Positions 42,943 through 52,449 of a DNA stretch of 60,917 nt are shown one piece after another. Position 1 is the stretch's first letter. Each line of letters starts with the position of its first letter. Location of the stretch: the NCBI GenBank assembly GCA_039027015.1, contig JBCCLG010000001.1:1-60917 (forward strand). The letters are read 5' to 3'. The translations under genes and the position numbers were made by a program. Origin of the DNA: Acidobacteriota bacterium. Its GTDB lineage: Bacteria > Acidobacteriota > Thermoanaerobaculia > Multivoradales > J023. Below the pieces are notes generated by a model. That model ran no database searches. It saw only the letters and a program-made list of their open reading frames with translations, and was not told where the DNA came from.

Positions 42943-44478
42943 ATGGATGCCGCCGGACTCGAGGGCCCGCACAATTCCGTCTCAGCAGCGCGTTTCGAAG
43001 CGGTGGTCGGCCTTGAGGTCCACGCGCAGCTGCGCACGGAGCGCAAGATTTTCTGCTCGTGCTCCCACTCCTTCGCGGCGCCGCCCAACAGCGAAATCTG
43101 CGAGATTTGCCTGGGGCATCCCGGCGCGCTGCCGGTCTTGAACGGCGAGGCGGTCGACCAAGGGGTGCGACTCGCTCTGGCTCTCGAGGCGTCGGTCGAC
43201 CCCGCCTCGCGCTTCGATCGCAAGCACTATCCGTATCCCGACCTGCCCAAGGGATACCAGATCACCCAGCAGCGCAGGCCTCTCGCGACCGGCGGCGATC
43301 TACGATTTGACGGCGGCACGATGCCGATACGGCGCCTGCACCTCGAAGAAGACACCGGCCGGCTGCTTCGCCGCGAGACCGAGGACGGAGATCTCCTCGA
43401 TTTCAACCGTGCCGGCGTCCCGCTGGTGGAAATCGTCTCGGAGCCGATGCGGGTGACCAGCTCCGGTCAGGCCGCCTCGGCGCTGCGCGCGCTCCATGGA
43501 CTGCTGGTGGCCGCGGAAGTCAGCGATGGCAGGATGGCTGAGGGGAGCCTGCGGTGCGACGTCAACATCTCGCTTCGGGAGAGCGGCCAGAGGGGTTTCG
43601 GAGCGCGGGTGGAGATCAAGAACCTCAATTCCTTCCGGCACGTCGCCCGGGCCCTGGACTTCGAGGCGGAACGCCAGGCGAAGCTGCTCGAGAGAGGCGA
43701 GGCCGTGGTCGAAGAGACGCGCTCGTGGAATCCGCTTCGGGGGCGGACCGAACGTCTGCGGGCCAAGGAGCAGGCGGGGGCGTATCGATTTCTCGCCGAG
43801 CCCGATCTCGGGCCTATCCTGATCGGTGAGGCGAAGCTCAAGGCGCTCCGGGCCACGCTGCCCGAGCTGCCGGAGCGGCGACGGGCGCGCTACCAGCGGA
43901 TCTACGAGCTGGACCGGGAGAGCGCCGGCCGCCTGGTCGCGGACCGAAACCTGTCGAACTATCTGGAGGCGGTGACCCGCTCGTACGCCGGGCGCGGAGG
44001 AGCGGCGCCGCGTGCCGCCCGGTGGGTGCTCAACGAAGTGCTTCGGCTGCAGGCAGGAGAGGAAGGAGGGCTCTCCCTTGAGGAGCGCCTCGATCCCGAG
44101 ACACTCGCCTCTCTGATTCGCGAGGTCGACCGCGGGACGCTTTCCGCTACCGCCGGCAAGGTCGTTCTGCTGGAGATCTGGCGAGGCGAAGAGAAGGATC
44201 CGGTGGCGATCGCCCGCAGGCTTTCGCTGCTCCAGGAGAGCGACGCCGAGCGAATCGCCGGCTGGATCGAAGCGGCGCTTAAAGCTCACCCGCCTCAGGT
44301 TCAGGCCTACCGCGCCGGCAAAGTTCAGATTCTGGGCTTCTTCGTCGGCCGGGTCATGAAGCTCTCGGGCGGTCGCGCGAGGCCCCAGGAGGTCGAGCGC
44401 CTGCTGCGCCGGACGCTCGGGGAGTTCGGGAAACGGGACGCGGGAGATCCGCCGCGCCCCGGCGGGAGCGAGACGTGA
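42943..44478 (+). CDS. gatB: Asp-tRNA(Asn)/Glu-tRNA(Gln) amidotransferase subunit B
   Basis: From ATG 42943: ...FEAVVGLEVHAQLRTERKIFCSCS...GHPGALPVLN...KHYPYPDLPKGYQITQ...LHLEEDTGRL...CDVNISLR...VEIKNLNSFRHV. The track ORF start at 42190 is over-extended through pgeF antisense sequence. Confidence 0.92.
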   Translation: MDAAGLEGPHNSVSAARFEAVVGLEVHAQLRTERKIFCSCSHSFAAPPNSEICEICLGHPGALPVLNGEAVDQGVRLALALEASVDPASRFDRKHYPYPDLPKGYQITQQRRPLATGGDLRFDGGTMPIRRLHLEEDTGRLLRRETEDGDLLDFNRAGVPLVEIVSEPMRVTSSGQAASALRALHGLLVAAEVSDGRMAEGSLRCDVNISLRESGQRGFGARVEIKNLNSFRHVARALDFEAERQAKLLERGEAVVEETRSWNPLRGRTERLRAKEQAGAYRFLAEPDLGPILIGEAKLKALRATLPELPERRRARYQRIYELDRESAGRLVADRNLSNYLEAVTRSYAGRGGAAPRAARWVLNEVLRLQAGEEGGLSLEERLDPETLASLIREVDRGTLSATAGKVVLLEIWRGEEKDPVAIARRLSLLQESDAERIAGWIEAALKAHPPQVQAYRAGKVQILGFFVGRVMKLSGGRARPQEVERLLRRTLGEFGKRDAGDPPRPGGSET

Positions 44479-45245
44479 TCGAGCTCTATAACGTCACCAA
44501 GATCTATCCCGGAGGCCAGGTGGGCCTTCAGGAGGTGAACCTTTCGATCGCCAAGGGACAGCTGGTCTTTCTCACCGGCCCCTCGGGCGCCGGCAAGACC
44601 ACCTTCCTGAAGCTGATTTACCGCGAGGAGATGGCCAGCGACGGATACGTGCTGGTCAACGGCAGGAACGTCTCTTCGCTGCCGGCCAATAAGGTGCCTT
44701 TCCTGCGCCGGACGATCGGGGTGGTTTTTCAAAGCTTCCGGCTGATCCCGCGCAAGACGGTCTTCGAGAACATCTGCTATTTACCGAGAATTCTCGGGCT
44801 GGATACCAAGGAGCAAAAGAAGCTCGCCTATGAGACCCTGAGACGGGTCGGCCTGGCTCACCGCATGAACGCCTTTCCGCGCCAGCTCTCTGGCGGTGAG
44901 CAGCAGCGCGTTGCGGTGGCCCGCGCCCTGATCAACCAGCCTGACATTCTGCTGGCTGACGAGCCGACGGGGAACCTCGATCCGGACCTCTCCGAGGAGA
45001 TTCTCCGCCTCTTTCTGGAGATCAACCTCCAGGGCACCACGGTGGTTTTCGCCACCCACGACCGCTCCCTAATCCACCGTGTGGGGCGCCGCGTCCTGAC
45101 CCTCGACGGCGGCCAGCTGACCCACGATCAAGAGCTGCCCCACGGCGATATGCTGCCGACCTCGGCCATTCAGGTCGCGTCAGACCTCGCGCCCGAGCCT
45201 CCGGCCGCGGCGGGCGCTCAAGGCCCTGGGGAGGACGATCTTTGA
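44475..45245 (+). CDS. ftsE: Cell-division ATP-binding protein FtsE
   Basis: IELYNVTKIYPGG...LTGPSGAGKTTFLKLIY...QLSGGEQQRVAVARAL...LLADEPTGNLD. GTGA overlap with the gatB stop. Confidence 0.92.
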   Translation: MIELYNVTKIYPGGQVGLQEVNLSIAKGQLVFLTGPSGAGKTTFLKLIYREEMASDGYVLVNGRNVSSLPANKVPFLRRTIGVVFQSFRLIPRKTVFENICYLPRILGLDTKEQKKLAYETLRRVGLAHRMNAFPRQLSGGEQQRVAVARALINQPDILLADEPTGNLDPDLSEEILRLFLEINLQGTTVVFATHDRSLIHRVGRRVLTLDGGQLTHDQELPHGDMLPTSAIQVASDLAPEPPAAAGAQGPGEDDL

Positions 45246-46177
45246 CCTTCCTCAAGGCGCTGATCTACTTCTTCCGGGAAGCCTCGGTCAATCTTCTCCG
45301 CGGCTGGAAGGTGAGCCTGCTGGCGATCCTGACGATCACGGTCAGTCTCTTTCTGGCCGGCGTCTTTCTCTTGATCAGCGGCAACCTCAGGGCTCAGCTC
45401 GAGCTGTGGCGAGACGACACTCGCCTGGTGGTTTATCTCAAGACCGGAGCGGACGCCGAGGCCAAGGCCAGGGTACGCTCCCGAATCGACGAGGCGCCCC
45501 AGCTGATCGACGTTCGCGCGGTTGAACCGGATCAGGCTGCCGACCGCTTCCGAACGGCCTTTCCGAGCCTGGAGGACCTGCTCGAGGGCTGGGGCGATCA
45601 GCCGCTTCCGGCTTCCTTCGAGGCCAGCCTGGCCTGGAAGGAACTCGACGCGGTCTCCTACGCAACGTGGCTGGAAAAGCTGAAGCGGGACGATGCCGTC
45701 GAGATGGTGGATGACGATCGAGACTGGCTGCAGCAGCTGGAGGCGGCCGTTCTGGTGCTCGAGGGCCTGGCTTTGGTTCTCGGCACGATCCTCCTGACCA
45801 CGGCCATCTTCACCATCTCGAGCGTCATCAGGCTCACAGCCTTCCTTTACCATGACGAGATCGCCGTGATGCGCATGGTCGGGGCCACGGAGTTTTTCAT
45901 CCGCGGCCCGTTCTACGTCGAGGGGCTTCTGCAGGGCCTCACCGGAGGCATGCTGGCCACCGGCCTTCTCGGAGCGAGCCATCGGCTGATCCACGACGAG
46001 CAGGGCGAGAGTCTGCTGAGCGTGCTGATGGCCGACCGCTTTCTTTCGTGGGGGCAGCTGCTCGGCTTGATCGCCTTGGGGGGGGCGGCGGGCCTGGTAG
46101 GCGCCATCGCCTCTCTGAGGCGGGAGAATCTCGGCGCCACCGCCGAGACCCCCGAGGACTGGAAGAAAGAGGACTAG
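45242..46177 (+). CDS. ftsX: Cell-division permease-like protein FtsX
   Basis: 311 aa immediately downstream of ftsE (TTGA overlap). It has one TM helix, a periplasmic domain and three C-terminal TM helices (...MRMVGATEFFIRGPFYVEGLLQGL...). Confidence 0.85.
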   Translation: MTFLKALIYFFREASVNLLRGWKVSLLAILTITVSLFLAGVFLLISGNLRAQLELWRDDTRLVVYLKTGADAEAKARVRSRIDEAPQLIDVRAVEPDQAADRFRTAFPSLEDLLEGWGDQPLPASFEASLAWKELDAVSYATWLEKLKRDDAVEMVDDDRDWLQQLEAAVLVLEGLALVLGTILLTTAIFTISSVIRLTAFLYHDEIAVMRMVGATEFFIRGPFYVEGLLQGLTGGMLATGLLGASHRLIHDEQGESLLSVLMADRFLSWGQLLGLIALGGAAGLVGAIASLRRENLGATAETPEDWKKED

Positions 46178-46223
46178 CCGGCCGGCTGGCTAGCCGACCG
46201 TGGCCAGCAAGACCGAGCCCTCC

Positions 46224-46553
46224 CTAGCCGAGCACCGTTTCTTCGGACTCGAGCCGCGCGGACGGCGCGTCATCCGGCTGGTAGATCACCACATAGTCTG
46301 CGATGTAGAGACGATCGCCGCCTGCCAGAGAGCGCGGCTGTTCGAGCATCGTGGCGTTGAGGCGAGTTCCGTTGGAGCTCAGATTCTCGATTTCGTAACC
46401 CTCTCCTGACGGCCTGATCACCGCGTGGTTTCGGGAGACGCTGTCCTTGGGCAGCTGAACCTGACAATCACCGCCGCGGCCGATGAGAATCTCGTCGCTC
46501 AACTGGATTTTCACGAAGAGTTTGCTGTTGACGTAGAAGTCGAGTCGGGGCAT
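46224..46553 (-). CDS. FHA-domain protein (109 aa)
   Basis: ILIGRGGDCQVQLPKDSVSRNHAVIRPSGEGYEIENLSSNGTRLNATML...GDRLYIADY is the canonical FHA pattern. Confidence 0.8.
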   Translation of the reverse strand: MPRLDFYVNSKLFVKIQLSDEILIGRGGDCQVQLPKDSVSRNHAVIRPSGEGYEIENLSSNGTRLNATMLEQPRSLAGGDRLYIADYVVIYQPDDAPSARLESEETVLG

Positions 46554-46580
46554 ACATTTCTCCTTGGCGGGTATTCTCTC

Positions 46581-47123
46581 TCAGGAACGCCAGCTAGCCA
46601 ACCACATCGCCGGCTCGGTCGCGGATCCGCGACGCAGCGGCTTGACGGACACGCCCTGGGCGCCAGCGAGCCGGAGCATGCACGCCAGGTAGCCGGCCTG
46701 AAAACGGCTGAAGTCCTCGCCGGCGAACTCAAAGCCGGTCAGGATGATGCGCGCCTGGGCCCGCTGCATCATTCCGACATCGGCACTGCCGCTGTCGTGA
46801 TAGAGCCGCCACAGGCGCGGCAGGCGCTCGAGGGTCCCCCAGATATTGCCCTTCTGGACCATCGAGGAATAGATGTGAATGAGGTCGACCTCGGCGCAGT
46901 GGGCGCCGAGCCACTGCCAGGGATCGCCGCCGGACTTGGGGGTGAGCAGCGCCATGGTGCGCAGCAGGCGGAAGAAATCTTTTTCCGGATACCAGCTGGC
47001 GACCAGGATCTGCTGATCGAGGTAGGGCCTCATCTCAGGGTCCAGCAGCGGCTCCGCGTGGTCGCGCCGCTCGCGCAGCAGCTTGACGACATTGAGGATG
47101 CCGATGCCTTTGATCTTCGCCAT
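46581..47123 (-). CDS. Hypothetical soluble protein (180 aa), Trp-rich, family not recognised
   Basis: Good GC3 and composition (MAKIKGIGILNVVKLLRERRDHAEPLL...DPWQWLGAHCAEVDLIHIYSS...). It lies 21 nt downstream of the symporter and 27 nt upstream of the FHA gene. Confidence 0.55.
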   Translation of the reverse strand: MAKIKGIGILNVVKLLRERRDHAEPLLDPEMRPYLDQQILVASWYPEKDFFRLLRTMALLTPKSGGDPWQWLGAHCAEVDLIHIYSSMVQKGNIWGTLERLPRLWRLYHDSGSADVGMMQRAQARIILTGFEFAGEDFSRFQAGYLACMLRLAGAQGVSVKPLRRGSATEPAMWLASWRS

Positions 47124-47144
47124 GTGCGCTCCGCAGAGGGGGGG

Positions 47145-48632
47145 TCAGCCGTCGGCGAACTTCATCACGTGCTCCTGCCGCTGCGGACGGGTCACAAGGC
47201 TGAGTCCGATGAGCAGAGGAACGTTGACCGCCAAACCGAAGATCCCCTCGTGCAGATGCTCGAGGCCCGCCGGCTTCATCTCGGGGAAGCGCAGGAAGAA
47301 TACGTTCACCGCGAGACCCGCAAAGAGCGCCCAAAAGGCCGCTTTGCCGGTGGCCCGAGGCCAGTAGAAGGCGGCGAACATCAGCGGGAAGATCTGGGCG
47401 ATGCCGCCGTAGGCGGCGAGCAGCAAATCGACCAGGGACACGCGGGTTTCGAGCACGAAGTAGAAGGAGGCGGCGAAGAGGAGAAGCACGCAGATCCGGA
47501 TCATCGACTGCTCTTTGCGGTCGTCGAGCCTGCCGGGAAAGGCCTGCCGCGCCCCGTCGCGCACCGCGATCGAGGCGGCGGCGTGCAGGATCGAGTCCCC
47601 GGACGACATGGAGGCAGCCAGCGTACCGGCGCACACCAGGCCGATCAGCCAGGGCGAAATATCGATCTGCGTGAGCAAGAAAGGCAGGATGGTGTCCGAG
47701 GGCTCGACGCCGGGAAAGGCCAGGATCCCGGCGAATCCGATGAGCAAGATGGGCACCAGAAAGAGCTGAAACGTGGGGTAGAGGACCACTGTGAGGCGAA
47801 GCGCGCGGTCGCTTTGGGCGGCGTAGCTCTTCATGAAGAGGTGTGGCCACATGCTGAAGCCAAAGGCGGAGACCAGGACGATCGAGGAGAAGCCGAGCCA
47901 TGACCACGGCTCACCGTCGGGCAAAAGCCCCGGCGCCTCGAGCTTCGCGGCATGGGTCGACGCGGCGAGCTGGTCGAACATGGCGCCGACCCCGCCGTAG
48001 AGCTTGTACGGCAGGTACAGGCCGAGAAACCAGGCGATCACCATCATGAAGGCGCCCTGGAAGGTATTGGTCCAGCCAACGCCCAAAACCCCGCTGAAGA
48101 GTACGTAGACCACCACCACGCCGTAGGTCAGGGCCGCCCCTGCCGCCTGGGAGATCTGATCGCCTGAGATCGTGTTCAGAATATAGCCGGCGCCCTTCAT
48201 CTGAATGGTCAAGTACGGGATGAATGCGCCCACTGAGAGAAGCGCCAGCAGGATCGAGACGCCTCGGCTTTCATAGCGGGCGGCGAGCAGCTCTGCCTGA
48301 GTCACGAAGCCGAAGCGCTCTCCTAGGCGGCGGGCCCGCGGGCCGAAGAAGTAGAGCGGCACCATGCCGATGACGCCGTACGCGATGATGTAAAACGCGG
48401 ACGCGCCTCGAGAATAGGCCCAGCCGGGACCGCCGAGGAAGGCGAAGGACGAGAAGACCGAGGCTCCAAGAACAAAGTAGAGCACCAGGAAGCTCATCGC
48501 TCGGTCGGCGGCAACGTAGCCGGCGACGCTCTTTGAGACCCGCAGCCCCGGCACCAGGCCCATGATGAGGGTCACCACGAGGTAGGCCCCGCAGACCCAA
48601 AGCGCGATCGTGCCCGTCTCGAGACCGCCCAT
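47145..48632 (-). CDS. Sodium:solute symporter family (SSF/SSS) transporter
   Basis: From ATG 48632: MGGLETGTIALWVCGAYLVVTLIMG... About 13 TM helices and an SSS-type layout (...ADRAMSFLVLYFVLGASVFSSFAFLGGPGWAYSRG...). Confidence 0.85.
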   Translation of the reverse strand: MGGLETGTIALWVCGAYLVVTLIMGLVPGLRVSKSVAGYVAADRAMSFLVLYFVLGASVFSSFAFLGGPGWAYSRGASAFYIIAYGVIGMVPLYFFGPRARRLGERFGFVTQAELLAARYESRGVSILLALLSVGAFIPYLTIQMKGAGYILNTISGDQISQAAGAALTYGVVVVYVLFSGVLGVGWTNTFQGAFMMVIAWFLGLYLPYKLYGGVGAMFDQLAASTHAAKLEAPGLLPDGEPWSWLGFSSIVLVSAFGFSMWPHLFMKSYAAQSDRALRLTVVLYPTFQLFLVPILLIGFAGILAFPGVEPSDTILPFLLTQIDISPWLIGLVCAGTLAASMSSGDSILHAAASIAVRDGARQAFPGRLDDRKEQSMIRICVLLLFAASFYFVLETRVSLVDLLLAAYGGIAQIFPLMFAAFYWPRATGKAAFWALFAGLAVNVFFLRFPEMKPAGLEHLHEGIFGLAVNVPLLIGLSLVTRPQRQEHVMKFADG

Positions 48633-48633
48633 C

Positions 48634-48945
48634 TCAGCCGCCCGCCTGTCGGGAGGGCTCACGCTCGGAGACGGATGCTGCCTTTTTTGCTTCGGCGCGG
48701 GCCTCCCTTTCGTCGGCAAGAAAAAGCCACAGCAGCGAGCTGAACATCAGCAGGAGTGCGCCGATCACCCAGGCCAGGGAGAGGGGAAGGCCCAGGATCT
48801 GGGGCGTGGCGGACGCTCCGAGCATGGGGTAGAGGGGCCAGACGAGCATGGCCGTCACCCCGATCCAGAGAGTCAAAAAAGTTCTCCGGCGCCTCCTAAA
48901 GGCCGGAGACCTCCGGCTGCTGAAGATCACGAGGCCTTTATCCAC
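48634..48945 (-). CDS. Small 2-TM membrane protein of the kind often found directly upstream of SSS transporters (DUF3311/YhdT-like)
   Basis: 103 aa with two hydrophobic helices. Its stop is 1 nt from the symporter ATG. The family assignment is by context only. Confidence 0.5.
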   Translation of the reverse strand: MDKGLVIFSSRRSPAFRRRRRTFLTLWIGVTAMLVWPLYPMLGASATPQILGLPLSLAWVIGALLLMFSSLLWLFLADEREARAEAKKAASVSEREPSRQAGG

Positions 48946-48987
48946 GCCGTGCTCCCTTCTCCCGCCGTGCGGGCTCGCTCAGAACGT

Positions 48988-49030
48988 AAAAAGGCCCTGA
49001 AGCCTTCGCGCACGAAGGATCTCCAGGGCC
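48988..49030 (-). terminator. Rho-independent terminator downstream of the TPR gene
   Basis: The minus strand reads ggccctggagatccttcgtgcgcgaaggcttcagggcc followed by TTTTT (A5 at 48988..48992 on the + strand). Confidence 0.55.
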
Positions 49031-49126
49031 CTGGGTCGACCGGTGAGGCAAGAAGCTCACGACGGCCGCGGGAGGCGAAATCGTCCTCTTGGGTGGACGG
49101 TACGCATCTCCCTTCGCCTCTCTCTT

Positions 49127-50290
49127 TTACTCGCCGCCGCCTTCTTCGAGCTTCTTCAGCTCCTCTTCGAGGCGCTTCGCTTCCTCTTCCATTGCGCGGA
49201 TCTGCTCATTCTCGGCTTCGATCTGCGCGTTCTCCTGGGAGATGGCGCGGTTGTCCGAGACGCGCTGCGCGGCTTTGGCGTTCCCGCCCTTCTGATAGGC
49301 CTCGATGGACTCGTCGAACTTCCTCTGCTTTTCGTAGGCGAAGCCGAGCTGCGTCCACACCTTCTTCTTGTTGGTGGCATTCGCCAGCTCGAGGGCCTTG
49401 TTGAGCGGCGCCTCGGACTGCGTGAACTTGCCGGCGCTGGTGTAGGCCTGGCCGATGTAGAAGGGAACGATCCAGTCAGAGGAGTTCTTGGCCTGAGCCT
49501 GCTGACCGGTCGCGACGGCCTCATCGTAGAGTCCGGCTCCCAGCTCGGCGGAAAGCTTGAGCATCAGGTTGTCGAAGCTCGGATCTTTGGCCACCACCTG
49601 TCCGGCCACGTCGGCAGCCTTCATGTAGCTGCTTTTCTTGGCCGCTTTATCCCCGGGCAGGCGGCCTTTCTTGATCAGCGCGTTGGCGTAAGTCGCCTTC
49701 TTTGCGACGTCGCCAGGATCGAGGCGGACCGCGCGGTCGAGGGCCGAAAGCGCCTCGTCGAGGCGGTCGCTTTTGAGTGCCAGGGCGCCGAGCTTGAACT
49801 GGACGGCGGCGTCCTTGGGCTTGATCTGGCCTAGCTTTTTGAAGTCAGCGTAAGCCTGGTCGACCTGATTGGTCTTGAGCCGAGCCTCCGCCCGCATTTG
49901 ATAAAAGGGTGCGCGGGCGTTGTCCGGCAGAGAGCCGGCGTCGATCGGGCCGAGAAGCTTGGAAACCTCCTGATATTTCCGCGCCGTCAGGTACGCGCGG
50001 CCCAGCTCCAGCTTGATCGAGAGGTCGTTGGGGTTGAGGTCGTACGCCTGGCGCAGGTGATTCAGCGCCTCCTCTTTACGGTTCAGGCGCGAGAGAGACA
50101 TGCCCAGCATGTAGTGGCTGCGGTAGCCCTCGGGGTTCTGGTCGACGAGCTCCTGAAATTCGGCTGCAGCAGCCTGAAAGTTCTTGGCCCTGAAGGCGGC
50201 AACGCCTTCTTCCCATCCGGCCGACGCGGGCGTGGCCAGAAGGGCCGCCATCGCGAAGGTCGCAGCGGGTGCGATCAGTATTTTGCGCAT
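49127..50290 (-). CDS. Secreted TPR-repeat protein with a C-terminal acidic coiled coil
   Basis: From ATG 50290 (AAGGAG upstream): MRKILIAPAATFAMAALLATPASA signal peptide, multiple TPR units, and a C-terminal ENAQIEAENEQIRAMEEEAKRLEEELKKLEE. Confidence 0.8.
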   Translation of the reverse strand: MRKILIAPAATFAMAALLATPASAGWEEGVAAFRAKNFQAAAAEFQELVDQNPEGYRSHYMLGMSLSRLNRKEEALNHLRQAYDLNPNDLSIKLELGRAYLTARKYQEVSKLLGPIDAGSLPDNARAPFYQMRAEARLKTNQVDQAYADFKKLGQIKPKDAAVQFKLGALALKSDRLDEALSALDRAVRLDPGDVAKKATYANALIKKGRLPGDKAAKKSSYMKAADVAGQVVAKDPSFDNLMLKLSAELGAGLYDEAVATGQQAQAKNSSDWIVPFYIGQAYTSAGKFTQSEAPLNKALELANATNKKKVWTQLGFAYEKQRKFDESIEAYQKGGNAKAAQRVSDNRAISQENAQIEAENEQIRAMEEEAKRLEEELKKLEEGGGE

Positions 50291-50376
50291 AATTTCACTC
50301 CTTTTGGGGGAGGGTTCCGGCGACTTGGAGTGCACTAGAGGGTAGTGCTGCGTGTGGGGGTAGTGAGACGGCGGCG

Positions 50377-51198
50377 TCAGCCGCCCAGCTGTTGGTTGAC
50401 GCGCTCGAGAAAGGCCCGGGATTGGTTGGGTCCCAGCGCGGACGAGAGGATCCGCTCGGTGGAGCGGATCATGTCCAGAATGGCGTCGAAACCGCGGCCC
50501 GACTCCATCTCCGACTGGGCCCGGCGGGTGGTGGCGTCCAGCTCAGAGAGCCGGTCGCTCGCTCCACCGAGGAGACCTCTCGCGGACTCGTGGATACCCT
50601 TGGCGGCAGCCGCGAGTTCCTGAGAGGACATCTCTTTCAGCCTCTCGGACGGGATTTGGCCCAAGGGTTCCTTGAGCTCGACCAGGCCTGCCGTAACCAG
50701 GCCATAGAGGAGCTTGCACACCTCAAAGGCGCTCAGGCCCAGGACCGCGGCCAGGTCGTCGATCGACCGTCGCTCATCAACCTTGCAAATGACCTGCCAC
50801 TCTTGGGGAGTGAACGAGATCGAAGTGCTCGAGCTTTGGTTGGTGAAGATGGGAATGAGCCGTGTCGACGGAATGCGCTTTGAGAGCACCTGCCACTCGT
50901 CGATACGACGGGCAGCCTCCATCAGCAAATTCGTATTCGACTTGCGAATCGAACGCTCGGCCGTTTCGACGCCGGCTTGGAACTCGAACTCGCCCTCTTG
51001 CCAGATGGCGAGCTCGTAAACCGCGTCTTCCCCCTGTGTCGGACCCGCCGTCGCGTGGACGATCTCCCCATCTTTGAGGAAGATCTGCCCCTGCTGAGAC
51101 GGTCCCTGAAGAACGAAGACTCCCGTCTTGCCCGACACCGAAACCAGCTGGATGATGTCGGGCAGAGGGAGTTCTTTGAGCGACCCTTGGAAGGCCAT
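50377..51198 (-). CDS. DUF4388 (PATAN) domain protein, cytoplasmic
   Basis: MAFQGSLKELPLPDIIQLVSVSGKTGVFVLQG...GQIFLKDGEIVHATAG...GEDAVYELAIWQEGEFEFQ matches the DUF4388 N-terminal pattern. There is no signal peptide. Confidence 0.8.
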   Translation of the reverse strand: MAFQGSLKELPLPDIIQLVSVSGKTGVFVLQGPSQQGQIFLKDGEIVHATAGPTQGEDAVYELAIWQEGEFEFQAGVETAERSIRKSNTNLLMEAARRIDEWQVLSKRIPSTRLIPIFTNQSSSTSISFTPQEWQVICKVDERRSIDDLAAVLGLSAFEVCKLLYGLVTAGLVELKEPLGQIPSERLKEMSSQELAAAAKGIHESARGLLGGASDRLSELDATTRRAQSEMESGRGFDAILDMIRSTERILSSALGPNQSRAFLERVNQQLGG

Positions 51199-51212
51199 TT
51201 TTGGATCCTAGC

Positions 51213-51935
51213 TCACTGCAGGCGGAAGTTCACCGTCAGGTTGTAGTAAACGTCCACCGGCTTGCCGTTGAGAGTCGCCGGCTTGAATTTCCATTTCTTA
51301 ATCGCGTCGATCGCCTGCTCGGATAGCCCCATCGGAAGGCTCTTGAGGACTTTGACGTTGGTCACCGTCCCCTGCTTGTCGATGATCGCCTGCACGATCA
51401 CCACGCCCTGAATGCGGGCCTTGCGCGCGATTTCCGTGTATTGCGGCTGAGGCGCCGAGATTTTCTCGGGCTTGGTAACGTCGCCGCCCACGTGGATGGG
51501 ACCTTCCGGCTCGGCTACCGGAGGCGCGTCCGGAATACCGAAGACGATGTCGTCGACCTCGGGGAGATCAATCTCGGGCTCGGGCTCGTCGATGCGGATC
51601 GGTTCCGGCTCATCTGGCGTCGGATCCGGAATCGGAACCTTCTTGGCCTTGGGCTTGGGAATTTCCTGCTTCTGCTTCGGCGGCGGTGGCTGAAAGCGCA
51701 CCTGCTGCACGACGTAGACCTTTTTGACCTTTTCCTTGGCCTCGGTCTGCTTCGCGAATTTCGGGAAGTTCACAATCAGCAGGGCCGCATGGAAGATGAG
51801 CGCGCCGATGATCGCAAAGCGGAAGGCCCGATTGTCCTCGTTTTCCTCGAGCGAAAACGTGTCGTAGGCGCCGGTGGCGAACTCGGCGGCCCCGACTTTC
51901 TTGGATGCTTTCTGCGGTTTTTTAACGTCCGCCAT
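51213..51935 (-). CDS. tonB: TonB-family energy transducer
   Basis: N-terminal TM helix (FRFAIIGALIFHAALLIV), a Pro/Lys/Glu-rich spacer (PPPPKQKQEIPKPKAKKVPIPDPTPDEPEP), and a C-terminal TonB domain (...YTEIARKARIQGVVIVQAIIDKQGTVTNVKVLKSLPMGLSEQAIDAIKKWKFKPATLNGKPV). Confidence 0.85.
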   Translation of the reverse strand: MADVKKPQKASKKVGAAEFATGAYDTFSLEENEDNRAFRFAIIGALIFHAALLIVNFPKFAKQTEAKEKVKKVYVVQQVRFQPPPPKQKQEIPKPKAKKVPIPDPTPDEPEPIRIDEPEPEIDLPEVDDIVFGIPDAPPVAEPEGPIHVGGDVTKPEKISAPQPQYTEIARKARIQGVVIVQAIIDKQGTVTNVKVLKSLPMGLSEQAIDAIKKWKFKPATLNGKPVDVYYNLTVNFRLQ

Positions 51936-51954
51936 GATCAGTGCCTCCGAAAAG

Positions 51955-52446
51955 TCAGAACCAGAACGATTCGATTTCGCGCTGGGTGGGGATGGAGATG
52001 TTGATGTCCTTGCCGGCGTCCCACTCCTCGTCGGTGAAGTTGGGTCGCTCGGCTCGGGTCACCAGCTCCCGGTCGAAGAGCTTGCCCTGCCGCAGGGTGT
52101 CGAAGACCGTGATCATCGATCCGTAGGGTGATTGGGGCGACGGCTTGATGATGACCGGCTTCTTGGGGTTGTTCTGGAGCTTCGGCTTCAGATAGCCAAG
52201 GATTTCGCTCGCCTGCATCGGCTTCTGGTCGACGACCAGGTCGCCGCCCGGATTGACCTCGATGAGCACCGAGTCTTCTTTCTCGACGATCGGCGGCTGA
52301 TCGTCGTCCTTGGGCAGCGAGAAGTCGAGGCCTCGGGTCGCCGCAAAGGTCGTCGTCACCATGAAGTAGATGATGAGGAGGAACGCGATGTCCGCCATCG
52401 ACGAAGTCGGGATTTCGTCGTCCGGCTTGTTTTGCTTCAGCTTCAT
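51955..52446 (-). CDS. exbD: ExbD/TolR-family biopolymer transport protein
   Basis: ...IPTSSMADIAFLLIIYFMVTTTF... The TM helix carries the conserved Asp, and a periplasmic domain follows. Confidence 0.85.
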   Translation of the reverse strand: MKLKQNKPDDEIPTSSMADIAFLLIIYFMVTTTFAATRGLDFSLPKDDDQPPIVEKEDSVLIEVNPGGDLVVDQKPMQASEILGYLKPKLQNNPKKPVIIKPSPQSPYGSMITVFDTLRQGKLFDRELVTRAERPNFTDEEWDAGKDINISIPTQREIESFWF

Positions 52447-52449
52447 GCC

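Noticed and set aside
43300-44289. 329-aa minus ORF inside gatB, and the 492-aa + ORF 46425..47903 and 290-aa minus ORF 47035..47907 across the symporter region
   Set aside because: They are antisense or off-frame to genes with strong family signatures and have a low-complexity Arg/Gly/Pro composition.
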